64,000 nt of DNA from Bacteroidales bacterium (GCA_021740585.1 JAIOZM010000005.1:5642-69641), one strand, 5' to 3'. Counted from the first letter of the stretch, positions 20,564 to 31,631 are shown. Notes: generated by a model not told the origin, from the sequence alone. Numbers and translations are program-made.

Positions 20564-22549
20564 CTATTTCAGAATTATTCGTTCTCTAATAAACTCTTTG
20601 CCCTGAATTTCCAGCACATAAGCACCGTTTTGAAGGTCAGCTCTGGGAATACTTAGTGTTTTACCTGAAAGATTGTTATTCTCATATACAATTTTACCAC
20701 TCAGGTCGATCAATCGGATTAAATCAAAATCTTCCGGAGTAATCAATTCAATATATAATATTTCTGAGAATGGATTCGGAAATACCTTAATTTTGCTGGA
20801 ATTATTTATTTCTTTGTAGGAAGCAGGAGAGCTTATGCGATTGTCTTCTAAGTTGGACAAGGAATGTATGAATGGACCTGATCCTGCTTTTAACGAGCCA
20901 GCCGGGACACAGGCATCAGCCCGAACACCCGCTATCCGATAATAGTATTTATTGCTTAATGCTTTCGGATCGGTATCACGATAGACTCTGAGATCTGATG
21001 AAATTTCGCCAATACTTTCCAGTCTGGTTGAATCAGATCCCCGAAAAATAACATAAGATACAAAGTTAATATCGCCATCCTCAATCACATAAGGTACCCA
21101 GCTTAGATTCACCCCATTGTCAGAACTAACATATTGGAGAAAAAGTGGAATGTGATATTTTGATTCTGCTAATGCAGATTCATTTCCACAGGTGTCAATT
21201 GCAGTAATTTTATATACCCATTGACGAACCTCAGGATCAGCCTCCAAATCTTCAAATACGCTTGTTTGATCAGCGGAAATATTTCCTATCCAATTATAAA
21301 TATTAAGAACCGTCGACTGACGATATATATTGTAGGAAGTGATACCAACATCAGGTGTTCGCTCCCATACAATCAGATTATTACCACTTTCAGGATCGGT
21401 GGTAACCATGCAGATATTATCTTTATCGTAGGGCTTTGATATTTCTACAAAAATTGTATCAGTAAATTCACAAATTTTGTTTTCTGATGAAACTTTGAGC
21501 CAATATTGACCACTTTCTGAAACATTGATGCTTTGCTGATTACTGCCGTTATTCCATAAATAGGAGTCGTATGGTGTTGTTAGATTAAGCTCTATCAAAT
21601 CTCCTTCGCAAGCTATTATGTCTTCACCCAGACTGAATTCAGGTAATGCGGGATCAACAAATAATTGAACGATGTCATTTCCAACACAAGACTTATCTGT
21701 AGTTACTGTAAGAGTATAATTACCTGCATCACTAACAATTATCCTACTTGATACGTCTGCTGTATTCCAAAGGTAGGAGGCATAATTTCCCGGGGTATTA
21801 AAAATATGCGAATTCCCTTCACAAATGGTAACATCTGGCCCGAGATCGGGTTGTGGATTTGGGTTTACAATAAGAGTAGCCGAAGCGGTGACTGTATAGG
21901 CGCAATTATTAGAAATTCTTAATCTAAAAGACCGGCCGTTATCTCCTGTACTTGGTAAATAGCTGAGAAGAGATTGGTCTTCCCCCTCTAAACCTTGCCA
22001 TTGTCCGCCCGATAATTTTGTTTCCCATTGATATACAATTTCACTTCCGGTACCCAGCCCTTCAAAAAACACTTCAACACCTTCACATATTTCTACATTT
22101 TCGGGATGAGAAATAACGGAAGGGGGAGTAGAATTGTAACTAACTTCAACTTCATTGGTGAAATAGCTGGTTCCATTACATGTAACTTCACATTGGTATG
22201 GAAAAGTAGAATGGTTGTTTACTTCATATCTGTTTTCGGTTGCTCCTAAAACCATAATCCAACCGTAATCCCAACCATTTCCGGTATTATAGAAATCGTA
22301 GGTATACCATTGGTAGGTTACAGGTCCGGTACAAGTATTATCCAGCGGATTGACGGCATATAAAACGATGTCGGAACCAGAGCAGCCGTTTACCTGCGGA
22401 CCTGCTTCAACATACTGACATTCGAAATTAAGATTACATATTTCAATAAATGGATCCGCTTTAAGGTTTGCAAAACCTAATAGCATTGATACAAAAAGTA
22501 GAATGAATTTTGAAATAGTGGTTTTTGGGCTGGCTTTAATATGAAGCAT
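20564..22549 (-). CDS. T9SS-secreted protein with Ig-like and Fn3-like repeats
   Basis: YQWE, YLWN..GNYTLTV and YLWN..GQYWLKV modules; C-terminal IKVFPNPF...GAYVLEI CTD. Start uncertain (22549 vs 22606). Confidence 0.8.
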   Translation of the reverse strand: MLHIKASPKTTISKFILLFVSMLLGFANLKADPFIEICNLNFECQYVEAGPQVNGCSGSDIVLYAVNPLDNTCTGPVTYQWYTYDFYNTGNGWDYGWIMVLGATENRYEVNNHSTFPYQCEVTCNGTSYFTNEVEVSYNSTPPSVISHPENVEICEGVEVFFEGLGTGSEIVYQWETKLSGGQWQGLEGEDQSLLSYLPSTGDNGRSFRLRISNNCAYTVTASATLIVNPNPQPDLGPDVTICEGNSHIFNTPGNYASYLWNTADVSSRIIVSDAGNYTLTVTTDKSCVGNDIVQLFVDPALPEFSLGEDIIACEGDLIELNLTTPYDSYLWNNGSNQQSINVSESGQYWLKVSSENKICEFTDTIFVEISKPYDKDNICMVTTDPESGNNLIVWERTPDVGITSYNIYRQSTVLNIYNWIGNISADQTSVFEDLEADPEVRQWVYKITAIDTCGNESALAESKYHIPLFLQYVSSDNGVNLSWVPYVIEDGDINFVSYVIFRGSDSTRLESIGEISSDLRVYRDTDPKALSNKYYYRIAGVRADACVPAGSLKAGSGPFIHSLSNLEDNRISSPASYKEINNSSKIKVFPNPFSEILYIELITPEDFDLIRLIDLSGKIVYENNNLSGKTLSIPRADLQNGAYVLEIQGKEFIRERIILK

Positions 22550-22865
22550 TAGAGAATTTAAGATTATTAATGTATGCAATATATTTAAAGACAGTATATT
22601 TAGCAATACAGGACCTTTAATTCTTAATATAAATTACAAAAGGAAAAGAACTTACTGATAATGGGTGTTTAATGAGACTTTTTATTTTATTTACAGCTAA
22701 ATTCTAAACAGAAGGGTATCACTTCCTTAAAATCTGAAGTGTAAAACACTGAACTTGTTTAATTGAAATTCGAAACAAAAAAGCTTATTATACAAATGAG
22801 GACTAATTCTTAATCAATTATTCTTCAGATTTGCCTTAAGATATATTCGTTTGGTCAGTAGTATA

Positions 22866-23660
22866 TCAGAATTTTTCAGGCACAAAAGTCTGATCGCTTA
22901 TGGGCGGCCTTACATAACCTTTTTTAGAAACTTCAGGGAGTTTTAATTCTTTATATTTTATTTCTTTATATGGAATTTGCGAAAGCAGGTGGTTAATGCA
23001 ATTAAGCCGGGCGCGTTTTTTATCATCTCCGTTCACTACCCACCAGGGAGAAATTTTTGTGTCGGTATATTCGAACATTTCATCTTTGGCTTTTGAATAC
23101 TCAACCCATTTGCTTCTGGAGGCCAGATCCATTTCACTGAATTTCCATCTTCTGAGAGGGTCGTCCATTCGTTCCTGAAACCTTTTTTCCTGCTCTTCAT
23201 CACTTACTGAAAACCAATATTTTATAAGAATAATACCGGAATGAATAAGCATTTCTTCAAAACGTGGGCATGAACGCAAAAAGTCCCAATATTCATCATC
23301 GGTGCAAAATCCCATGACCTTCTCTACGCCCGTTCGGTTATACCAGCTTCTGTCGAATAACACCATTTCACCTGAAGTAGGAAGATGTGCCACATAACGT
23401 TGGAAATACCATTGATTTTTTTCTCTTTCCGTGGGCACACCCAAGGCCACTACTTTGCAGATTCTTGGATTTAAGCTATGTGTAATTCGCTTTATTACCC
23501 CACCTTTGCCCGCAGCATCTCTGCCTTCAAAAAGTACCACCACTTTTAATCCTTCAGCTTTTACCCATTCATGCATTTTTACAAGTTCCCCTTCCAGTCT
23601 TTTAAGTTCTTTCAGGTACTCTTTATTGGAGAGATTGTTAGGATCCTTAGCTTTTTTCAT
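22866..23660 (-). CDS. ppk2: Polyphosphate kinase 2 (class I-like)
   Basis: FEGRDAAGKGG, WYFQRY, FDRSWYNRTGVEKVMGFC and DDKKRARLN. Confidence 0.95.
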   Translation of the reverse strand: MKKAKDPNNLSNKEYLKELKRLEGELVKMHEWVKAEGLKVVVLFEGRDAAGKGGVIKRITHSLNPRICKVVALGVPTEREKNQWYFQRYVAHLPTSGEMVLFDRSWYNRTGVEKVMGFCTDDEYWDFLRSCPRFEEMLIHSGIILIKYWFSVSDEEQEKRFQERMDDPLRRWKFSEMDLASRSKWVEYSKAKDEMFEYTDTKISPWWVVNGDDKKRARLNCINHLLSQIPYKEIKYKELKLPEVSKKGYVRPPISDQTFVPEKF

Positions 23661-23695
23661 ATAGAATATTTTTTAGGCTGGTAAAAAGAAGAATA

Positions 23696-24943
23696 TTATT
23701 TAAATTCTGTGTAATTCTGTATAGCAATATTTAATACTTCTCTCGATTGTTCAATAACCAGGGAACGCCATTCCGGATCAGAAGGATAATACATTTCTAT
23801 AAAGGAGGATTTTATCTTATCTTCCTGTTTGGCATTTTGATAGCCATGCTGAATACCCTGATTTTCAAGAATTGTTTTTTGTATGGAATGCAGTGATCCA
23901 AAGGTTTTCTGACTGTTTAAAGTGCCATATTCAAAGGGCATAGATATAAAAGTGGCGTCAGGATTTAAGTCCCCGATAAAGGAACAGAAGTCTCCGCTAA
24001 CGGTATAAAAATCGTCTGAATCTCCCCAGTCAATGTCGAGACCTTCGAAAACCCTTGTGGTATAATTTTTAAGTTCATCGTTTTCAACAGGATTGGCAAA
24101 TAAATGAAGTTTTCCGATCTCACCATAGCCCGTATGTAAATCAATATGAAGAATAGTTTTGAACTTATCGAAATACATGGGTAAATAATCTTCCAATGCT
24201 GAAATCTGAGGCTCTTGCCTATCTCCACCAAAATATAGTCCCTCAGGAAATTCATATTGCCCCTGCAATACAGCCTGCCTTAGAACCGGCATGGAAGATT
24301 TTGCGATTTTTGCAATGGCCACCATATAGAAGAATTTGTTGTAGAAATCATCTTCAGAGGCCGGGTTTGCAGGATTTACAAAATCGTAAAGGTCGGCATA
24401 GCCACTATTCCCGATATTGTATAATTCATTACTTAGGCTGCTGTTGCGATTCAGATCCACATTGTTTTCAGTAACACGGCGTTTATATTTAAAGCCATAA
24501 GGATTAACGCCATGGATAAGGAGTATTGCCGGACGGTTCCCCTGAATTTCAGGAATCATTTCATTCATCATCATTCTTTGAACAGCGCTTCCTGTATAAC
24601 CTTCAATTCCATGAACACCGGAAGATATTACTACTAATTTGCTGGAGTCACCCACTGACGGAATAAAGCAAAAATCTATACTAAGATTCGTATCAATACT
24701 ACTTTCAACCCTAATAGAATCGATAGACACTCCTTCCATCTGGCTCTTTAGCTGGTTCGAAAGATTTATAAATTCACTTCTGCATTCTTCATAATTTTCA
24801 AAAAAATAAGAAGTGTTTTGATCGTTAACAGCTGTACTTTCAAGTTCAGGAGAATAAGACCAGTAGCTGATATATGAGGCAGCAATTATAAAAATAATAA
24901 CTAAACTTAGGGAGTAAAGGAAAATCTTAATTGATTTTTTCAT
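23696..24943 (-). CDS. M14-type zinc carboxypeptidase-like protein (DUF2817)
   Basis: SSGVHGIEGY, HGVNPYG, RRVTENNVDLNRN, IDLHTGYG and EYGT; N-terminal TM. Confidence 0.85.
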   Translation of the reverse strand: MKKSIKIFLYSLSLVIIFIIAASYISYWSYSPELESTAVNDQNTSYFFENYEECRSEFINLSNQLKSQMEGVSIDSIRVESSIDTNLSIDFCFIPSVGDSSKLVVISSGVHGIEGYTGSAVQRMMMNEMIPEIQGNRPAILLIHGVNPYGFKYKRRVTENNVDLNRNSSLSNELYNIGNSGYADLYDFVNPANPASEDDFYNKFFYMVAIAKIAKSSMPVLRQAVLQGQYEFPEGLYFGGDRQEPQISALEDYLPMYFDKFKTILHIDLHTGYGEIGKLHLFANPVENDELKNYTTRVFEGLDIDWGDSDDFYTVSGDFCSFIGDLNPDATFISMPFEYGTLNSQKTFGSLHSIQKTILENQGIQHGYQNAKQEDKIKSSFIEMYYPSDPEWRSLVIEQSREVLNIAIQNYTEFK

Positions 24944-25209
24944 TGAATAGTTTTTTTGGTTGATGCAAGTAAATTTAGACGAAAAAATCAAAATCACAAA
25001 ACAGCTTGAAGGATAGTTTCTTATTGACAGTCGAAGTTAGGCATTAAAAAATTATTAAAAATTCCCGGCTTAAGTTTTGTTTTAGAAATTATTCATTGTC
25101 AGGCTTATTTCTGTGAACAATGATAAAGGGGAGCAGTTTTTATAGAAATTGAGAAAATATAAAATTATTGTCTTATTTTCGGACTTCAAAAAACTTAAAA
25201 ATATTCTTC

Positions 25210-26493
25210 ATGCCAAAATCTCATGCTTTAAACTCAAAGGAAAATTACTTTCTGCCTATCCTAATTATTGGTTCATTATTTTTTATTTTCGGTTTTGTTA
25301 CCTGGTTAAACGGCATTTTAATCCCTTACCTTCAAATTGCCTGTGAACTATCAGATTTTCAGGCGCTTTTCGTAGCTTTTGCGTTTTATATTGCTTATAC
25401 AGTTATGGCTTTACCCTCTGCCTGGGTATTACGCAAAACGGGCTTTAAAAACGGTATGATGATTGGGCTCTGGGTAATGGCTGTTGGGACCTTAACATTT
25501 ATACCTGCCGCCCTGGCAAGAGACTATAAAATCTTTCTTTTGGGATTATTTATTATGGGTACGGGGTTGGCTCTTCTTCAAACAGCTTCAAACCCATACA
25601 TTACGGTAATTGGTCCAAGAGAGAGCGCCGCCAGAAGAATCAGCATTCTCGGTATTTGTAACAAGCTGGCCGGAGCCATAGCACCTCTTATTCTGGCTTT
25701 TTATATTTTAAATGATGGAGATGTTTTTAGGGAAAGTTTAAAACTTATGGATGAGGCTGCAAAATCAATTGCCCTCGATGAATTGGCAAAGCGTGTTATT
25801 GATCCTTATATTGTAATGACACTCGTTCTTTTAGTAATGGGTATTGGGATTAAGTTGTCTCCGCTGCCCAAGGTTGAAATGGAAGATGAAAGCGAAAACC
25901 ATGCAACCGGGTTTGGGGAGAAGCAAAACATTTTTGGGTTTCCTCATCTGGTACTTGGAGTATTAGCGCTTTTCTTTTATGTAGGGGCAGAGGTAATAGC
26001 AGGGGATACCATTATTCGCTACGGACTTTCTCTGGATATTGCCATGGAAAAGGCTAAGAGTTTTACTTCATACACCATGATTTTTATGGTTGCCGGCTAT
26101 ATTTTAGGGATTATTTTAATTCCTAAGGTGATAAGTCAAAGGACTGCTTTACTGGGCTCAGCCATACTCGGATTAGTATTCAGCATTGGGGCTATTTTTA
26201 CAGATGGAATAACTTCTGTATTATTTATTGCATCGCTTGGACTAGCCAATGCATTGGTATGGCCTACTATCTGGCCACTTGCCTTAAATAAATTGGGGAA
26301 GTTTATTAATACGGGATCTGCACTTCTTATTATGGCAATATCAGGGGGAGCCCTTTTACCGCTTGCCTGGGGTAAATTATCAGATATTTACAGTTCGCAA
26401 CAAGCCTATTGGGTGTTGGTACCCTTGTATTTATTTATATTATTTTACGCTTACAAAGGTCATAAAATTTATAATTGGAAGAAATTGAAATAG
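25210..26493 (+). CDS. Glucose/galactose MFS transporter (GluP/FucP family)
   Basis: LFFIFGFVTWLNG, LLQTASNPY, FFYVGAEV and GLANALVWP. Confidence 0.92.
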   Translation: MPKSHALNSKENYFLPILIIGSLFFIFGFVTWLNGILIPYLQIACELSDFQALFVAFAFYIAYTVMALPSAWVLRKTGFKNGMMIGLWVMAVGTLTFIPAALARDYKIFLLGLFIMGTGLALLQTASNPYITVIGPRESAARRISILGICNKLAGAIAPLILAFYILNDGDVFRESLKLMDEAAKSIALDELAKRVIDPYIVMTLVLLVMGIGIKLSPLPKVEMEDESENHATGFGEKQNIFGFPHLVLGVLALFFYVGAEVIAGDTIIRYGLSLDIAMEKAKSFTSYTMIFMVAGYILGIILIPKVISQRTALLGSAILGLVFSIGAIFTDGITSVLFIASLGLANALVWPTIWPLALNKLGKFINTGSALLIMAISGGALLPLAWGKLSDIYSSQQAYWVLVPLYLFILFYAYKGHKIYNWKKLK

Positions 26494-26519
26494 TTGAAAT
26501 ATAATCTTCCAGCATAGTT

Positions 26520-29225
26520 TTATCTGACCAATAATTTATGAGTCGAAATAGTAGCCGAATCATAGATTTTTAAAAAATAGGCCCCCGGTTTCCAGTTTTG
26601 AGCATTTAAAATCAGGGAATCATCATGAGTACTTATTTTCCAGATAAGAGAGCCGCAGGAATCGTAGAGCTCTAGTACTTTTTCCGTTTGATTGCTTTCA
26701 GGAAATACGACGCTCAGGTATTCATCTACCGGATTTGGGTATAAATTCGGGGTAAACTCATTCCTTTTTTCTTCAACACTAACTTTTGAGCTGAAGTTTA
26801 TCCAGTTAAGATTATGTTCGCCACTTTTTATTAATATCCGGAAAAAATATTTGCCTGCAGGAAGATTAACCAGGGCCGATTGCGTTTGCCAGGTCTGCCA
26901 TCCGCCAGTGCTTGAAAAAGTAACATTGGATAAGGAGATATAAGAGCCACTCTCTTCATAAAGTAACTCAATGCGGGCATTTCCATACAATGAAGCTACT
27001 CTGAAGTCGAGCTGATAATTTCCGGCTGCAGGAACATTTATGAGGTAATCGAGATAATCTCCTGCATTGGTGTATCCAGTATTAAAACCACCACCTATAT
27101 CCTGACAATCCTCCAATACCAAACCCTTATTGGTAAAAAAGTCTTCTGCCTGAATTTTAGCTGGCAGGTCAAATTGTTTTGCAAGTTTGTTGTTTATTGC
27201 CAGTCCTTGGAAATTTTCCAAAGGCAGATCATTGCTATAAATTGATGATCCAATATAGTTTAATTTCAAGCTATTCTTATAAGATAAGGCTGTTCCTGAT
27301 TTAAGAATGATAACATTTGGATGTTCGCTGCTAATTTCAGCACTTGAAATATTTGTTTTAACATTATTCACTAACAGTTCAAAATCCTGAGGTGACATAC
27401 TGCTTGAGCTAATATCTCTGTTTAAATTCAGGTATATCTCTTCAGGATAATAAGACGTTTCGCAGAAAAGTGCTTTAAAGCTTGCTAGTTCAGCAGGTCT
27501 CGGATTGATAAACTTAATATAATTCAGATTTGATCCACCCTTGGTATTTATAAGTTTTAGTTGAATATCGCCTGCAGGCAGGAGGATGTCGGTAATAGTT
27601 GTTGACCTCCAGATTCCCCATCCCCCTGTTGAAGGTAAGATGGCTTCGTTACTAACAATCTTTCCATTAGCTTCAATAACAATTCTCCCTCCGGAACCTC
27701 CCGAAGCATTTCGTATCACACAATCGTATAAGGCTGCCGAGTCTGCATGTAATGTGTAAATCATCCATTCGCCATCCGATGTCCAGCCTACACTATATCC
27801 ATTGGTAGCATCGCTATCGTTACATTTCTCAATATCAACCCCATCGCTTCTATATTGCCAACCTGAATTCCAGGCTTGAAAACTATTTGTTTCCAGATGA
27901 TAATCGGCAGTATCATTGTCGAAGTATGCATATCCATTGCGACCAAGGGCATAGTCTGAGGTAAAAATATAATCTTCCACATCGAATAATTTGAAGGGAA
28001 GGATATCGGTAGTATGAGGCTGGCGAATTAATGCATCAATTACATCATACTGAATATTACAGTTTTCAAATTTGTGGTTATCAGAAAATTTTAACACTGC
28101 CTGAAAAGCTGCATCAACTGTTGGTTTTGCAGCTGTGCCTTTCCAGTAATTTATAAGCTGTGTGTAATCGGAGTTGGTTGTTACACTTAGAATATTGTTA
28201 TTCCCGGTTTTTTTAACCGGCCACCACGACCATCCTATATTTTTTCTTTCGGCAAGCGACACAAGGTTTGTAAACCATGTATTTGAATTTTCGCCGGATT
28301 CGCCTAACCAGAGAGGAACATTATAAACGTTTCTTAAATTTATTATCCAGTCAAGCGAATTATCGTTGTTATAGCTCCAGTATTTATGAAAGCTGTAAAC
28401 CATATTGTTATCCCAGGGGGGGGTTAATCCGGAATGGTCGTTTGCAAAGCTATTCCCTTCTATATAAATGATATGGTTATTATCTACCGATCGTATAGAA
28501 TCTGTTATCCGACCATACAGACTCCTCATTTGAGAGTTGTTTCCCTGGGGGAAAGTCCAGTTGGTTTCATTAATAAGGTCGTAACCACCAATCCATGGTT
28601 CGTCTGCATAACGTTCTGCAAGTTTTTGCCACAAAAGAACGAGTTTGGTTTTATTGTCTTCACTTTCCCAGAGAGAGGGTTTTGTGCTGTCGTAATCAGA
28701 AATTTCAGCATTAGCACCTTGTCCGCCGGGGGCTCCATGCATATCCAATATTAAGTACATTTTATTTTCTGAACACCAGGAGAGCAAAGAATCTAAAATT
28801 ATGAATCCTGTTTCCAACCAGGTTTGTTCCCCCTGCACCAATTCTTCTTCAATGGGGAGGGTAAACCATTTATAATGCAAAGCAACGCGAATTGAATTAA
28901 ATCCCCACGCAGCCATTGAGTCCACATCAACTTTTTGCATATGATTATGCAGCCAGCTGGTATAAAAGCTATCTGTTTTTGCTTCCCCAATGGTCTCAAT
29001 TAATTTATTTGTGAATTCGTGTTGGGTACCGGCAATCCCACTCGTCTGCATCATATAGCCTTCTTGTATCATCCAGTTTCCTGTTCCAATTCCCCGAAGT
29101 ATAAAATTCTCTCCAGAGCCATCTACGATATTTTTCCCATCTGCGTGTAAAAATCCTTGTGAAAAAAGATTGATGGATAGGAAGCAAAGAATTATTGAGA
29201 AACTTAATTTTTTTGGGTGCCGCAT
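26520..29225 (-). CDS. GH5 glycoside hydrolase with two CBM6-like modules and T9SS CTD
   Basis: GNWMIQEGYM, LDMHGAPGGQ, acid/base LINET, YSFHKYW and nucleophile WLGESGEN; STGGW CBM motifs; LYPNP CTD. Confidence 0.9.
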   Translation of the reverse strand: MRHPKKLSFSIILCFLSINLFSQGFLHADGKNIVDGSGENFILRGIGTGNWMIQEGYMMQTSGIAGTQHEFTNKLIETIGEAKTDSFYTSWLHNHMQKVDVDSMAAWGFNSIRVALHYKWFTLPIEEELVQGEQTWLETGFIILDSLLSWCSENKMYLILDMHGAPGGQGANAEISDYDSTKPSLWESEDNKTKLVLLWQKLAERYADEPWIGGYDLINETNWTFPQGNNSQMRSLYGRITDSIRSVDNNHIIYIEGNSFANDHSGLTPPWDNNMVYSFHKYWSYNNDNSLDWIINLRNVYNVPLWLGESGENSNTWFTNLVSLAERKNIGWSWWPVKKTGNNNILSVTTNSDYTQLINYWKGTAAKPTVDAAFQAVLKFSDNHKFENCNIQYDVIDALIRQPHTTDILPFKLFDVEDYIFTSDYALGRNGYAYFDNDTADYHLETNSFQAWNSGWQYRSDGVDIEKCNDSDATNGYSVGWTSDGEWMIYTLHADSAALYDCVIRNASGGSGGRIVIEANGKIVSNEAILPSTGGWGIWRSTTITDILLPAGDIQLKLINTKGGSNLNYIKFINPRPAELASFKALFCETSYYPEEIYLNLNRDISSSSMSPQDFELLVNNVKTNISSAEISSEHPNVIILKSGTALSYKNSLKLNYIGSSIYSNDLPLENFQGLAINNKLAKQFDLPAKIQAEDFFTNKGLVLEDCQDIGGGFNTGYTNAGDYLDYLINVPAAGNYQLDFRVASLYGNARIELLYEESGSYISLSNVTFSSTGGWQTWQTQSALVNLPAGKYFFRILIKSGEHNLNWINFSSKVSVEEKRNEFTPNLYPNPVDEYLSVVFPESNQTEKVLELYDSCGSLIWKISTHDDSLILNAQNWKPGAYFLKIYDSATISTHKLLVR

Positions 29226-29248
29226 TTTTAAAGATTTAGAATATGTTG

Positions 29249-29256
29249 CAAATATA
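29249..29256 (-). promoter_or_regulatory. Bacteroidota -7 promoter element upstream of the GH5 gene
   Basis: Minus strand reads TATATTTG(C). Confidence 0.55.
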
Positions 29257-29352
29257 CTTTTCTATTTTTAAAAATGTTAACAGAGAAGATAGTTTATCTC
29301 GAATATAAATTGCAATTATCTGGATAGCAAGCGATTACATTTGTAACAATTC

Positions 29353-29382
29353 AACCTCGGAGGTCTATAGACCTCCGAGGTT
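29353..29382. repeat. Perfect 30-bp palindrome (REP-like)
   Basis: aacctcggaggtcta|tagacctccgaggtt is exactly self-complementary. Confidence 0.9.
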
Positions 29383-29431
29383 CCTGCTTATGTTAAATAG
29401 AAATATTGATAAGAATGATACATTTCAAATC

Positions 29432-29812
29432 TCAATCCCTGATTTTTGTACCAGAAAAATACAAAATAGTCCATAGCAAATAGGAAATTAAAAATATTAA
29501 AAGCCCATAGATAGGCGCAATCATCGAAACTTTCAATCCACCTGCAAGAATTGAAGGTGAAACATCCCCTGCAGCTTCAATGGCTGTGAAAGCGTAATGT
29601 AAACCTACCATTTGACCCAAAAATCCGGTTACAAGTGCAATAACACCACCTGTTTTGAGAAAACTAAGTCTTTTTAAAGTCTGGTCGAGATCTTTATATT
29701 CCAACTTAATGATAAGATACAAGTAATAGAAAAATAGTGCTAAAATGATAAATAGCATTAAGGTCAGAATTCCCATAAATAATGGTCCGCCGGTTTGAAA
29801 TAGATTAAACAT
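29432..29812 (-). CDS. Small MotA/TolQ/ExbB proton-channel domain protein
   Basis: GGPLFM, GFLGQMVGLHYAF and SILAGGLKVSMIAPIYG; 3 TM. Confidence 0.8.
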   Translation of the reverse strand: MFNLFQTGGPLFMGILTLMLFIILALFFYYLYLIIKLEYKDLDQTLKRLSFLKTGGVIALVTGFLGQMVGLHYAFTAIEAAGDVSPSILAGGLKVSMIAPIYGLLIFLISYLLWTILYFSGTKIRD

Positions 29813-29966
29813 AATTTTAATTTTTAGTTAAACATTTACTAATCCCAACAAAGTTAGGCCAATCAAAGCTCAAACTGCAAGGTCGAATCCATACCAAATC
29901 AGGTTATCTGTCGATAAATTCACTTCAACTCTGGTTTTTTTAAAAAAAACGTGTCAGATTTACATT

Positions 29967-30719
29967 ATGAAAAGACATTTTAATAGTTTTTACTGGTTTA
30001 CGGTGACAGTGCTTCTTATCCTGATCTATGGAAGCAGATTAAATGGATTTGTTGTAAGTTTTTATTTTGTCTCTTTTTTAGTTCCGGTTGTCATAGCCAC
30101 TTCAGTTTACTTTAATAATGTGTTAGTCTCTGAATATTTGTTGAAAAAAAGATATGCAAGATTCATATTTTTGACAATAGCAGGCATAATAATTTCACTC
30201 GATTTACTGTGGTTTATATTTTTCATTGCCTTTTATTTTATGGCCAGATTTCAACCGGACAACATTGTAATACTTATTAATGAATTCAGTTCCTTCCCTT
30301 TGGTTCTTTATTTATCGGTCATTGTAAATGGATTTCTGAATCTTTCAAAGGATTATCTTGGAATCCTTGAGGATAATAAGACTCTGGAAGCCAGAAAGAA
30401 TGACTTTTCTGAAGGGAACTTGCAGGTAAGGGCTAACCGGCAGAATAGAATAATTAGTTTTAAAAGTATTAATTATATTGAAAGTATGTCTGATTATGTT
30501 CTTATCAGAGCAAAGGATAATGAGACGGTTATTACACGGGAAACGATAAGCAGGATAGAGCAGGATTTGCCTTCTGCTTTTTTACGAATTCACAGATCAT
30601 TCATTGTCAATTTGGAAAATGTAGAGTCATTTACCCGGGAATTTATTATGATTGCCGGTATGGAGCTGCCAATTAGCAGAACTTATAGGAAGAAGGTTTA
30701 TGAAATCTTGAAATTATAA
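29967..30719 (+). CDS. Membrane-anchored LytTR DNA-binding regulator
   Basis: About 4 N-terminal TMs, then INYIESMSDYV, FLRIHRSFIVN and LPISRTY. Confidence 0.88.
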   Translation: MKRHFNSFYWFTVTVLLILIYGSRLNGFVVSFYFVSFLVPVVIATSVYFNNVLVSEYLLKKRYARFIFLTIAGIIISLDLLWFIFFIAFYFMARFQPDNIVILINEFSSFPLVLYLSVIVNGFLNLSKDYLGILEDNKTLEARKNDFSEGNLQVRANRQNRIISFKSINYIESMSDYVLIRAKDNETVITRETISRIEQDLPSAFLRIHRSFIVNLENVESFTREFIMIAGMELPISRTYRKKVYEILKL

Positions 30720-30907
30720 GTAGCTATTTATACAAGGTATTGGAGTCTTTAGAATGGTTTGTAGTAAGACCCTCTTTTCATGAAGGACTACCAAATAAGA
30801 ATTTTTTAGGTTGAGATTAACAGAAAAGAATATTGCAACCTGCATTTAGCATATAATAATTTTCCTTTTGCAGGAAGCAATATTTATAACAGATTTAATA
30901 TGAAAAT

Positions 30908-31327
30908 CTATGCTTTCTTTGTCCAAATTCCTAATATTCCCCCTGCAACAGTAAGACCAGTTGTGGTGAATCCCCCGGTAATGAATGCAAGCCAATAAGG
31001 ATCATCATTAAACGCGCCTGTTGTTTTAACTGATAGGAAAACGAAAACAAAGCCGATCAGAAATCCATAAAAGAGACCTTTCGACAAGCTGTCAACACTC
31101 AATTTCACAAACAGCCATGCCAATAAATATACACTGGCAACTGCAGAAATAACATTGGTAATCCATGCACCGGCACTTGCCGGATTTGCTTCAATAGTGG
31201 CCAAATCGAGGCCAACCATTTCCATCCATGGCTCTCCGAATAAAGGTCCGTACCAAATAAATCCGATAACAAATTGGAGAATTATTCCAAGTAGTACGGC
31301 AAGGTGGTTAATTTTTAAATCATACAT
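30908..31327 (-). CDS. DUF1761 family membrane protein
   Basis: INHLAVL, GFIWYGPLFGEPWM; 4 TM; start at ATG 31327. Confidence 0.85.
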   Translation of the reverse strand: MYDLKINHLAVLLGIILQFVIGFIWYGPLFGEPWMEMVGLDLATIEANPASAGAWITNVISAVASVYLLAWLFVKLSVDSLSKGLFYGFLIGFVFVFLSVKTTGAFNDDPYWLAFITGGFTTTGLTVAGGILGIWTKKA

Positions 31328-31603
31328 AATTTTAAGTGTTAATAATAATTCTGAAAAAGGTATTCCTGAAAATAGTTCATAAAAAATAAGATAACAATAA
31401 TACAGGTATTTAAGTTTTTGAATAATCAATACTTAGCTGTAATTTTTTCCTCAAAACTTTGGTTTGCGTGCTCCGTAGAGTTAAAATTAACATGTAATTT
31501 CTTCTGTGTTAACTATTTTATTCATAAAATTACAGGTTCTTATTTGAAGATAATTTAAATTGTTTCTCTATTTTTTTAATAATATTAAACACTTGTACAT
31601 TGT

Positions 31604-31631
31604 GTCAATGCTAGCGCAGCGAAGCAATCTC
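31604..31631. repeat. Degenerate REP-like half element
   Basis: gtcaatgctagcgcagcgaagcaatctc resembles the GTCATTGCGAG..GAAGCAATC intergenic repeat type (recalled, not searched). Confidence 0.45.
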
